Below are positions 18,193 to 28,135 of a DNA stretch of 64,000 bases, piece by piece (positions within the stretch are counted from its first letter, which is position 1; each line of letters opens with the position of its first letter). The DNA comes from a virus (Duplodnaviria; Caudoviricetes), in IMG/VR virus record IMGVR_UViG_3300032030_000038, positions 1 through 64,000 of that record; one strand, given 5' to 3'. The notes beneath the pieces were generated by a model, which was not told where the DNA came from, did no database searches, and was given only the letters and a program-made list of their open reading frames with translations. The position numbers and the translations under genes were made by a program.

Positions 18193-20631
18193 ATGAGTAA
18201 CTATTCTTTTCCAATGGACTTTAATCTTCCAAGATATGATCTTGAGGATGGTGTAGTGCAATATAATGAGGTTGGATCTGGTACTGGGATTGGACCAAAT
18301 GCAAACTGGAATTTGTACAATCTTTCAAAAAAAGCCAGCAGTCTTGCCAATTCGTCCGAAGAAGAAGATTCCGGTAGCAATTCCAATTTTAATATAGGAA
18401 AACTTGTAAAGGGTATTACTGGCGCTGCAGCCACTATAGGTAAATGGACTGGTGATCTTGCTGAGGCCAATAGATCCCAAGTTGATTTATCTGGTATGAA
18501 CTACAATACTATGTCGCTTAATACACCTTACGATATAGCTAATGCTCATACCCATATGTATGACACTAATTCAATAAATGCACCCAAGGCCGGCAAACAA
18601 GCTCTCAATATATTCACAAAAATGAACGAAGGAGCTGCTGCTGGCTCCCAAATCAATATGCCTTGGGGTACGATAGCAGGAGCTGCCGCTGGGCTTACTA
18701 CAGGTATAGGCCAAGCATTTATGCAAAACGCAACATATCGCAACGATGTTGCAAAAGGCAATTATGCAAATTTTCTAGCCGCCCCAATTGCAAATCGTAT
18801 GGTAGCCCAAGGTATTAACAGACTTTTTACGATGAGCGGTATTTCAGACAGGTTTAACAGATTCGAACAAGGAGGAACTATGAATTCACAATATTCAAAT
18901 CAAGAACTATACAACACAAATAATAATTTAATTGACTCCGGAGGTATCCACGAACAAAATCCTTATGGTGGTGTTCAGCTTGGTACTGACGGAGATGGTA
19001 CACCTAATTTAGTTGAAGAGGGTGAGGTTGTTTATACTGACCTCGATTCTAACGAAAAACGTGTTTTTTCAAATAGAATAACACCTGACCCCGAGTTATT
19101 TGCAAAACATAATTTGAACAACAATCTCGTTACTGAATCTTATGCTCTTTCAGCAAAAAAGATTATTGACATGTTTGAAGGTCGCAATGATCCTTTCAGC
19201 AACAAAACAAAAAACTTACTGCTTAACAGACTTTTCGAAGCCCAAGAGGAGCAAAAGATAAACGAGGTTGCTGCTGCTAATGGTATGACTCCTGAAGAGT
19301 ATATTGCTTTAGTACAGGAACAACAGGCTCAAGTACAAGCAGCCCAACAGCAAGCGGCTATGCAGCAACAAGCACAGCAGATGCCTCTTCAGAATGAAAT
19401 GGGTATGCAAATGCAACAGCAAGATCCTTATGGGAATTATGGTGCACTTGGCGGTGCTTTGGAATATGGTCCTGAAGTTTATTATGATCCCTTGTTGGGA
19501 TATGATAGTTACTTACTGCAACGCAGCAGGGTTAACACAAGACCTGTTAGAACGTATGCAGTAGGTGGTTCACCTGCTTTTGGTAGAAACAATATAAGTG
19601 ATCTTGAAGATAATTTTAAAAAATGGTGGGATAAAAGTGATCAAAATATTATTAATGATTATGTCAATTCTTTTAATACCAAGTATGGTACACAATATAC
19701 TCCCGATGAGTTTTATAGACTTAGCACAGATAGTAAATGGGGTAGAATACACGAATATAATGATACCAATCCTTGGCCTTTTGTTTATGATAATCCAAAT
19801 ATCAAATCAACTCCTACTAGAACATCCATGACCCTGCCTACTGCCAGTAATGAAACTCCAATTACTGCAGATTCCACCAATCCTCAGACTGAAAATACAA
19901 ATAGTAACTGGGATCGTGTAAGAAATGCTCTTGGTATTATGAATCCTTTGAGATTTGCTGGAGCCGCAGATGCTTTTGCTTCTTGGGTTAGCCCTGAAAA
20001 ACTGGATACATGGTACTCTGATTTCCTTCGTGGTGAGTACAATCCAATACCTTACACAGGTCCTATTGGCAGACATCAAGTATTCCAACCTGTTGATGCT
20101 TATCGTAATCTCGGTGTAATGCAGTCTGCTCGTGCTGCGGCAATCTCAAGAAACAATGAGTACTCCCCGAACAGCCGATTGAACACTGCAGCCAATATGG
20201 CTGTCGACCGTGCGTTCAACAATCAGTTTGGCGATATGTATGCACACGAAACTCAGCAGAACTTTGACAGACTCAATAATGTCACTGCTTACAATAATCA
20301 GCTCGACCAGTTCAATGACGAGAGGCTCCGTGCAATCCATCAGTACAATACCCAACACAGGGCTAATACTGTTGGTCAGGCTGCAATGGTCCATGAAGCC
20401 TCTAAAGATGCCCGTAAAGCCGCGATTGATCAGGCAAGGGATACTTATATCAAGAATCTTCAAAACATTGGTCAGGAACTTTCTTACAGGTCTTATGTCG
20501 ATTCTAACCCGAGTCTTGCTTATGACTCATTCAATTCTTACAAAACTGCTTTTGATTATGATCGTTGGCTTAGAAGAAACGACCTTGAAGATTCTCCTGA
20601 GAATTGGGATTTATTTATGAAATCAAGATAA
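18193..20631 (+). CDS. virion cargo (ejection) protein, C1-like
   Basis: Glycine-zipper PWGTIAGAAAGLTTGIG, GGIHEQNPYGGV..LVEEGE motif, Gln-rich linker, no Cys; follows the muzzle gene. Confidence 0.7.
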   Translation: MSNYSFPMDFNLPRYDLEDGVVQYNEVGSGTGIGPNANWNLYNLSKKASSLANSSEEEDSGSNSNFNIGKLVKGITGAAATIGKWTGDLAEANRSQVDLSGMNYNTMSLNTPYDIANAHTHMYDTNSINAPKAGKQALNIFTKMNEGAAAGSQINMPWGTIAGAAAGLTTGIGQAFMQNATYRNDVAKGNYANFLAAPIANRMVAQGINRLFTMSGISDRFNRFEQGGTMNSQYSNQELYNTNNNLIDSGGIHEQNPYGGVQLGTDGDGTPNLVEEGEVVYTDLDSNEKRVFSNRITPDPELFAKHNLNNNLVTESYALSAKKIIDMFEGRNDPFSNKTKNLLLNRLFEAQEEQKINEVAAANGMTPEEYIALVQEQQAQVQAAQQQAAMQQQAQQMPLQNEMGMQMQQQDPYGNYGALGGALEYGPEVYYDPLLGYDSYLLQRSRVNTRPVRTYAVGGSPAFGRNNISDLEDNFKKWWDKSDQNIINDYVNSFNTKYGTQYTPDEFYRLSTDSKWGRIHEYNDTNPWPFVYDNPNIKSTPTRTSMTLPTASNETPITADSTNPQTENTNSNWDRVRNALGIMNPLRFAGAADAFASWVSPEKLDTWYSDFLRGEYNPIPYTGPIGRHQVFQPVDAYRNLGVMQSARAAAISRNNEYSPNSRLNTAANMAVDRAFNNQFGDMYAHETQQNFDRLNNVTAYNNQLDQFNDERLRAIHQYNTQHRANTVGQAAMVHEASKDARKAAIDQARDTYIKNLQNIGQELSYRSYVDSNPSLAYDSFNSYKTAFDYDRWLRRNDLEDSPENWDLFMKSR

Positions 20632-20638
20632 CTTTATT

Positions 20639-22390
20639 ATGGCAAGATATTATATGGCAAACACGGTTTTCCAACCGTATACATACGAACAACTTTATAC
20701 AACTGCTAAAGAACTTACAGCAGCTCATAACGAACAAGAGTCAAAATTGGGTGCTCTTGACACTGCTGCTGCAGGTGTTGAACCCTATCTTGATCCAGAG
20801 GCCCATCCTGAAGACAAAGCTATGTATGACGCTATTAAAGGCTATCGTAACGGTCTTAATGATATTACATACCACCTTGCTTCAAGAGGTCTTAGTGGTC
20901 ATGTTTACAATAATGTAATGTCACTTGCTTCTGATTACGCAAATAAAGTAAAACCTGTTGAAGGTGCTGTTGAGAATTACAAGAAAGCTCATGATATGCG
21001 TGTTGGCATACTTGCACAAAATCCCGATTATATCCCAAGATATTCCTGGGACAGAGTTTCTGTAAGTGAGAATCTCAACGGAGTTTCACAGAGAGCCATT
21101 GAAGGTTTCAAAGGCACACAATATATGAATGACATTACAACTACACTCCAAAAACTTTTTAATGATTTCGGCCTTACAAAACGTAAAGATATTCGTATAT
21201 TCGGTCAGCAGGTATTTGATATGATCAGTAATGGAATGCCTGCTGAAACAGCTCTTATGTGGTTTGCAGACCAAACTCAATTATCTCCTGAAGACAGAGC
21301 AAAATTGATGTTAGGTCTGGATACTGTCAATCAAAGATATGATATCAACGGCTTACAGAATTCAAATCCAGCAGTCATGGGTGAACTTGCAGGATATCAA
21401 AAACAAGGTATTATAAATGCAATCGGTACTCATGAATTAAAGACTTATGAGAATCTGTGGGATAAAGTTGCCGCTAATGTTTCTCAGGCCAGAAGAATAA
21501 AGGCTTTGGAAGAAGTACAAAATAATAATATCACTCCTTATCCCGGAAGTGCTATTTACAGACCTTCAAACATTGTTCAAGAAAAAGTGCTTGACTTGAC
21601 TGAAACAGAGATAGCTCAATGGCCTACTTCTTACGATGTAAAAAGTACGGTTGCTCCAAATAAAATAGGTGGTGTTTTTGCAAATAGAATGAAACAACGT
21701 CTTGGTAAGAAATACCAACATTTGCTTAATAAATCTCCTCAAGAAATATATTCTGCAAATTTGACAGGAAGAGCCAAGTTCAGTGCTGATGAGCAAAAGG
21801 CATATTCCAATGCCTACAAGGACGTGCTTTATGAAAAGTCGTTTCTTCTTCATGATGATCCTATCAGAAGAACTCTTACAAATAGCCAAACTATTAATGC
21901 TTTCATTGCTAATAATAAAAATAACTTAATTAAAATTACAGACGAGGGAACATTATCGAATGAAGTACTTGGCGATGATTCCAATTTTTCGAACTCCGGA
22001 TTAGATGCAATGGGTGTTTCTTTCATACCATCAACTTATAATGTCTATCCAAATATTAAAAACAAGGAGGACTATGTATTCATAACGCTTTCTGACAACG
22101 GTACATTAAAAGATTACGCTATTGATAAAAGATATATTGTTGGCAGAGTTAATGAAAACAGTGAAGCTGCTTCTTTAGAGAAGCAAATTGCTCTTTTTAA
22201 GATGTATAATAGTTCTGAAGTACAAAAAAATATTTTAAATAATTACAGTCTGTTTAGTGAAGCATATTTCAAAGGAGAGGATCGTAATTACGAAGATGAT
22301 ATAAATATGCGTTATGTAAATGCCATAGAAACAGCTTATATAGGAAGTTCAGAAGAGACTAAAAATACACCTCCAAAAAATAAAAACTAA
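20639..22390 (+). CDS. virion cargo protein, C2-like
   Basis: FQPYTYEQ N-terminus; helical, no Cys; position in the cargo block. Confidence 0.6.
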   Translation: MARYYMANTVFQPYTYEQLYTTAKELTAAHNEQESKLGALDTAAAGVEPYLDPEAHPEDKAMYDAIKGYRNGLNDITYHLASRGLSGHVYNNVMSLASDYANKVKPVEGAVENYKKAHDMRVGILAQNPDYIPRYSWDRVSVSENLNGVSQRAIEGFKGTQYMNDITTTLQKLFNDFGLTKRKDIRIFGQQVFDMISNGMPAETALMWFADQTQLSPEDRAKLMLGLDTVNQRYDINGLQNSNPAVMGELAGYQKQGIINAIGTHELKTYENLWDKVAANVSQARRIKALEEVQNNNITPYPGSAIYRPSNIVQEKVLDLTETEIAQWPTSYDVKSTVAPNKIGGVFANRMKQRLGKKYQHLLNKSPQEIYSANLTGRAKFSADEQKAYSNAYKDVLYEKSFLLHDDPIRRTLTNSQTINAFIANNKNNLIKITDEGTLSNEVLGDDSNFSNSGLDAMGVSFIPSTYNVYPNIKNKEDYVFITLSDNGTLKDYAIDKRYIVGRVNENSEAASLEKQIALFKMYNSSEVQKNILNNYSLFSEAYFKGEDRNYEDDINMRYVNAIETAYIGSSEETKNTPPKNKN

Positions 22391-22396
22391 TAATTT

Positions 22397-25300
22397 ATGG
22401 GAACAGCATTACAAACTACAGAGGAGATGAGGGGAATGTCTTCAGTCCCTTCTGCTCAAGAGTTACAAAGTTTATATAATTATCAAAAATATTTATCTAA
22501 TAATTTAAAATTAGAAAATAATAATATAAATTTTTACAGATCACAAAGATTAAGTAATTATACCCCTGATGATATAAGAAGAGGTGAAATCCAAGAGGGA
22601 TTTGGCTCATCAAAATATGATTATAGAATTCCAGATATCGCCATGGCATATGGCGATTTAACTGATTTTAGAGCAGCCCAACAAGGACCTTTTCTTGAAG
22701 CGCTTGCTTCTCTCGGGCAATTTGGGACTAGAGCTGTGGGAACAGTTGCAGAAGGTGTTTCTTTACCATTTGGAATGCTCATAGGTGGTATCAAACACGC
22801 TGTTGACTATCTTGAAAATGACCCTACAAGACCTGAAGAGGAAAAGCATAATTTTCTATATGACATTATATTTAATCCTATTTCTCAGGGAATAAACAAA
22901 GCACAGGATGCTCTTATCGAAAGTATGCCTTTTTATAAAACTACTGAGGAACTTAACAATAGCTGGTGGACAAATGTTGTTCATCACCCCTTCACCTGGT
23001 TTTTTGCAGATGCCCTGCCTAGTATGGGATTTACTGTTGGAGCAATGGTTGGTGGTAAAATTCACGGGAACATGGTTGATTCGCTCCTTGGAAAGGCATT
23101 AGGCAAAAAGGAAATTATTAAGAGAGCAGCTAATTTAGGTGTTGCTCTTGAAGAGATACCAGATGAAAAAATACCAGAACTTATTACGGCTCTTAAAAAC
23201 AATAACGCCGCTCAGAAACTTGATATAATAAATAAGTATCTCAAAAATGAAAGAGTAAAAAATTCAATAAGTAATTGGGCCGGTATTTTGAATGCTTCTG
23301 CAACAGAGGCAACGGTTGAAGGATACAACACTCGTAAAGAATATATCGATGAGGTTCTTCCAAAAGCTTATGATTATATGAAGTCCGAATATTTTCAAAA
23401 CCAACTTCATGATAATTTTCAAAATGATAATGAGGGTTTTGAAGATTTTGAAGACTACCGTGCTGAAAAAGAACGTGAGATTATTCAAAATATAGTAAAG
23501 ACCGCTGATAACATTGGTCTTACTACTTATGGTGCTAACGTTGCATTCCTTACTGCTCACAACAAATTCTTTTGGGATTCCTTCTTCAATCCAAAGTTCT
23601 TGCTTAAAAACTCTGTCCGTGATTATACAAAACTTTTTAAAGTGACTGGTAAAGATGGTCTTGTTACCGATGTTGCTTTGAAGAATAGTTTTTGGATGGA
23701 CCACCCAAGACTTGGAAGAGCTGCTTTCGCAGCAAAAAACGGCCTTGCCGAGGCTTTCGAGGAAATGTCACAAGGCTTGTTTTCTGAGTCTTCGAAGGAA
23801 GGCTATGGCAGTAAAATGAACGATATGTTTTTCAGTGATTACCAAGCTTTGCTTGACCCAAGATATTCTCAAGAAAAAACTGGTTTTTGGAGAGCAGTTG
23901 GCAAGGGTTTTCAAGAAACCTATCTTAATCCTGAAAGATGGGAAGAAGGTATGATTGGTTTTCTCACTGGTTTATTGGGATTGCCTACTGTAGGTATGCA
24001 TCAGAAAGGATCCAGACAGGGTAAGAAAGGTATTACTGGCTGGACTTTTGGTGGTGCAGAAGAGTGGAAGGCCTATCAGGACAGATATAAGCAAGCCGAA
24101 AAACTCGCAAAACAATTCAGGTCAAACGAAGGTAATGAAAGAGATGCTTATATGTCTGTAAAAGATTACCTTACTGGCGAGGAGTCTAGTGAAATGCGCA
24201 AACTTAATGCACTTGGCAAGAGCCCGATGGATATGCTTCGTACAGGTGTTGTGCTTAATGCAATCAGAGATGTTGCTTTAAATGACCAAAGTTCAGATGC
24301 TCCCAATGAAAATAACTTTATTCAATTGCTTGAGTGGAAAAACAAAGTTATGTCTGGTATCTTAATGGGCTATGATACTTATGTGCAAATGGGTATATCA
24401 GATTATTTTGACAATTGGTTGAATTTTTTGCAAAATATAGACAAGACTCAAAATGCTAAAAAATCACAGGAGTTTATTGAGGAACTTATAAATTCAAAGG
24501 TAATTTCAAGTATAGTGTCATCTGATAATCAATCCCTTCTTCAAAATTATAATGCTCACAATAGGGATAAGTTATTAAAAAGAATAGCAAAAAATGCAAG
24601 TGATATAAAAAAATTACTTGATCTTTACAGTGATGTTGAGGCTAATGCTTATGATGTTCTTGTAAACAATTTCAAGGGTGATCCTGAAGCGTATTGGAAA
24701 ATCAAAAGCTTGCTTATCGGTTTGACAAAAGCAAAATTCTCTGAAGAATCTATTTTTTCTGACCCCCTACCTAGTTTACTAAATAAAGAATCTTTTTATA
24801 ATCTCAAAGGTTTCAATAAGTTATATGATATAGCCGATAAAGGTGATAAGAATGCAATACGGGATTCCATACTTGAAGTTGAAAATTCATATAAAGAACT
24901 GCTTCCTGAAGGTACTGATTTCAAAGATCTTAAAGAAAAGTTTGATGAGTATGTTTTTGATATTATCACTTCTGATAAACTTCAAGAGCATATTTATAAA
25001 ATAACAAATCCCACTGCATTTAATCAAGAAGCTGAAAAGGCTGCTAAAAAGACTGAAGACGCAGTTAATGAGCGTACGGTTAAATCCAAAGGTAATGAGA
25101 TAGTAAGTGCATTGCAAAAAGCCCCAAGTATGGAATCTGATAGTGAAGTTATTAGATTACTTTTTGAAATGGGCGGTAAAGGAAGCGAGTTTAATCCTGA
25201 AATAATAAAATCATTTCCTGAAGATGATGAGGGTATTAAAAATAAGTTTGGAATAGCAAGCAATCATTTAAAGAAACTTATAAGAGAGGCTAAAAAATAT

Positions 25301-28117
25301 ATTAATTTGCTTACAGATGTAAAACAGTTAATAGAAGACCCGAATACTCCCGCCGAAGAACTTACTGCTTTAACCGGTGAGGGCGGCATTAGAGAGATGC
25401 TCAGTGAGAATGGGGAATTTACAAACATTCATAAAAAATATGCAAATTTATTTGATAGATACTATACATTATATACCTTGTCGAACAGCTCAGTAGAATT
25501 GGACTCGGAACAGCAAGCAATGCTTAATGTATTAGGAAAGCTGTGGCAATCTCAAGAGTTGATAAAATATTTTGAAGAGAATACTGTTCAGCAAAAAATA
25601 AACAGCCCTTATTCATTTTTTACTTATGAAAATAAGCCAAAAAAAGAGCAATCTGAAACTAAAGAAAATATAAGTTTGGAATCATTTTCAGAAAAAAGTA
25701 AAACCATTGATAGTATTTTTGATAAGAATGAAGAAAGTCTTAGTAAAAAATGGAATTTAGATGCTTATTATCTAAAATGTGTATATTCAGATGCAGAAGA
25801 AACATTAAAAATAAGAATAGAGACTGAGGCAGAGACAGGAGGGCTAAAATGGGTTGGTTCTGCTAATTTAACTAAAAACAATACTTGGGATTTTAAATTC
25901 TCAAAAAGTATAAAAGAAGACGATGCGGTTGTATCTAATTTTAAACAATTCTGCAAAGAAATATTATTTTTATATAACAATACCATAAAAAACAACCAAC
26001 CACAGTCGTCAGCACAACAGGGAATTCCTGTCAATCAAGAACAGCCACAGCAATTCCAGCAAAAATTAATCAAAGTATATGATGACTCTGACAATGTAAT
26101 CAAAGGAGTGACTATTCAGCCTGAGTATATCGATGTTTTGAAACACCTTGCAAAAGATACACCCAACGTAGATGAGGCACGGAGAATAGTCGAAGAAGTT
26201 TTCCCAGATAAAAACAGGGTTGATTCTGTTATTAGATTCTTAAGTTCATTACTTGTTAAGACAGAAAATTCTGAAGACAATAAACAATTTCATATTGTTA
26301 TTGGTAATAAGTTAAATGCTACAAACTTGAAGTATAATGTCTTAAAGTTTGAAAAAGATGCTGTTATCAATAATGTTACAATTGATGATAAGATATTTGA
26401 TATTAAGATAACAAGTGTCGATGACAAAGGAAATATTACAGGTATAGAAACTGCGAGTGGTGAGCCTAAATCTTTCAGAGGAAAAGAATATACTGTACGT
26501 TATAGCGATGGACAGTACTTTGCACCCTCTATAGACAACTACAAACCGGAACCAAAAGATTTTGAAAACTCTGAAGAGGGAAGTCAGTTCCCTGTAACAC
26601 AAGCTGACTATGAGGACGAGAACAAACAACCGGCTAAATATAAATCTACAAAGATTACTGATAACTCGGCTAAAGTAAAACAAAATAAACCATTATATGA
26701 TTATATAAGAAATATACTTGAAGAGAATGATTCTTATATGTCAATGGTAAGACGTGATACAAATGAAGTATTTGAAAATAATGTTGATTCCACTTTATAT
26801 TTTGACTATGTAGATCCAAATAATAACAGCGGTATTGATGGTATAAAAGATCTAATTGGTATTTGGTCATCAAATGATCCTGCAAGTCGTAAACTTTTAG
26901 GCATCATTGATTCTGTATCTGATGCTCATATATTAAAACAAATAAAAGAAAGTGATAAATCACTTACTGACATCACTGGTAAAATAACAAAAATAATAAC
27001 TAGTAAAGCAAATGTTCTTCTTGAACAAGATGGTAAGAAAAATTCTCTTGATAAACTTGATCCAGATAATGATTGTTTATATGTTATCAAAGGTGATTCT
27101 TCATTTTATTCTAATAAATCAAGCAGATCTGATAAGATTATAGCTTCTTCTGAATTGGAAGACTTACTCGGTTCTAAAGTTGACGATCTGCAATCAGGTC
27201 GTGTTTATATATTTACTCCTACAAGAGTTACATATAGGACTAGCACAGGGGAAGAAAAGATAAGACATTATACAAAGGCAAACGCTTCTGTGGAAATGGA
27301 TGGATTATCCTCCGTAGGTATTGATTTGATTCCATCATCGATTGTTGAAGGGACCAAAGAATTCGCACAGAAATATCTTGAAGGAAAAGTAAGTCCTGGT
27401 TCTGAAGATTTACATAACGTAAGTAATTTGTTTTATTCTACTCAGAAAAACTTTAATATAAGGATATCAGAAGGTGAGCAGGGCCAGCCTTTATTAGTAG
27501 CCTCGGTACAAGAAAACGATTCTGATAAAACTTTTTATAAGCCAATTGATACAACTTCTGTTGATACAATATCAAATAATATAATTCAAGCCGCTATAGA
27601 TGCCAATGTTGTTTTACCATACAGGCCAAGCGAGTTGTTTATTGAAAACAACAAACGATTCAATGAATTAAAACCTTATCTCTTTACTACAAAGGCCTTT
27701 GTTGGCGAAAGTAACATTTACTTTAAGTATGCTCTTAATAAAGACAAAGAACAACAAACTGAACCTGTTGAGAGCTCTGGAAACTACACAAAACCAGCCG
27801 AAGAAGTCGAGCTTAAGGGTGAAGATACCGCTCCTACAGAAGCTCCTAAAACTTCAAATGATTCTATAGATGCTATATTTAACAGAGCTGTTCCTGGTTT
27901 AAGTAATATAGCAATAAAACAACTTATAATAGGTGATATTAAATCAGAAAAACAAAAGATTGATAGTTCAAGAAAAAAATTACTTATAACTTCTATAAGA
28001 AATATTGATAATATGTTAAGTCAGAATGATGCTATCGAGATTGTAAAAAACATTGAAAAAGAATTAAAAGCCGAATTAATTACAGAAGACGATACTAAAA
28101 ACGCAGTTGAGTGCTAA
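22397..28117 (+). CDS. giant virion cargo protein (1906 aa)
   Basis: Gly-rich hydrophobic segments, EATVEG and EAFEEMSQ motifs typical of ejected crAss proteins; directly precedes the vRNAP. Confidence 0.7.
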   Translation: MGTALQTTEEMRGMSSVPSAQELQSLYNYQKYLSNNLKLENNNINFYRSQRLSNYTPDDIRRGEIQEGFGSSKYDYRIPDIAMAYGDLTDFRAAQQGPFLEALASLGQFGTRAVGTVAEGVSLPFGMLIGGIKHAVDYLENDPTRPEEEKHNFLYDIIFNPISQGINKAQDALIESMPFYKTTEELNNSWWTNVVHHPFTWFFADALPSMGFTVGAMVGGKIHGNMVDSLLGKALGKKEIIKRAANLGVALEEIPDEKIPELITALKNNNAAQKLDIINKYLKNERVKNSISNWAGILNASATEATVEGYNTRKEYIDEVLPKAYDYMKSEYFQNQLHDNFQNDNEGFEDFEDYRAEKEREIIQNIVKTADNIGLTTYGANVAFLTAHNKFFWDSFFNPKFLLKNSVRDYTKLFKVTGKDGLVTDVALKNSFWMDHPRLGRAAFAAKNGLAEAFEEMSQGLFSESSKEGYGSKMNDMFFSDYQALLDPRYSQEKTGFWRAVGKGFQETYLNPERWEEGMIGFLTGLLGLPTVGMHQKGSRQGKKGITGWTFGGAEEWKAYQDRYKQAEKLAKQFRSNEGNERDAYMSVKDYLTGEESSEMRKLNALGKSPMDMLRTGVVLNAIRDVALNDQSSDAPNENNFIQLLEWKNKVMSGILMGYDTYVQMGISDYFDNWLNFLQNIDKTQNAKKSQEFIEELINSKVISSIVSSDNQSLLQNYNAHNRDKLLKRIAKNASDIKKLLDLYSDVEANAYDVLVNNFKGDPEAYWKIKSLLIGLTKAKFSEESIFSDPLPSLLNKESFYNLKGFNKLYDIADKGDKNAIRDSILEVENSYKELLPEGTDFKDLKEKFDEYVFDIITSDKLQEHIYKITNPTAFNQEAEKAAKKTEDAVNERTVKSKGNEIVSALQKAPSMESDSEVIRLLFEMGGKGSEFNPEIIKSFPEDDEGIKNKFGIASNHLKKLIREAKKYINLLTDVKQLIEDPNTPAEELTALTGEGGIREMLSENGEFTNIHKKYANLFDRYYTLYTLSNSSVELDSEQQAMLNVLGKLWQSQELIKYFEENTVQQKINSPYSFFTYENKPKKEQSETKENISLESFSEKSKTIDSIFDKNEESLSKKWNLDAYYLKCVYSDAEETLKIRIETEAETGGLKWVGSANLTKNNTWDFKFSKSIKEDDAVVSNFKQFCKEILFLYNNTIKNNQPQSSAQQGIPVNQEQPQQFQQKLIKVYDDSDNVIKGVTIQPEYIDVLKHLAKDTPNVDEARRIVEEVFPDKNRVDSVIRFLSSLLVKTENSEDNKQFHIVIGNKLNATNLKYNVLKFEKDAVINNVTIDDKIFDIKITSVDDKGNITGIETASGEPKSFRGKEYTVRYSDGQYFAPSIDNYKPEPKDFENSEEGSQFPVTQADYEDENKQPAKYKSTKITDNSAKVKQNKPLYDYIRNILEENDSYMSMVRRDTNEVFENNVDSTLYFDYVDPNNNSGIDGIKDLIGIWSSNDPASRKLLGIIDSVSDAHILKQIKESDKSLTDITGKITKIITSKANVLLEQDGKKNSLDKLDPDNDCLYVIKGDSSFYSNKSSRSDKIIASSELEDLLGSKVDDLQSGRVYIFTPTRVTYRTSTGEEKIRHYTKANASVEMDGLSSVGIDLIPSSIVEGTKEFAQKYLEGKVSPGSEDLHNVSNLFYSTQKNFNIRISEGEQGQPLLVASVQENDSDKTFYKPIDTTSVDTISNNIIQAAIDANVVLPYRPSELFIENNKRFNELKPYLFTTKAFVGESNIYFKYALNKDKEQQTEPVESSGNYTKPAEEVELKGEDTAPTEAPKTSNDSIDAIFNRAVPGLSNIAIKQLIIGDIKSEKQKIDSSRKKLLITSIRNIDNMLSQNDAIEIVKNIEKELKAELITEDDTKNAVEC

Positions 28118-28135
28118 ATAAAAGAATATATAAAT

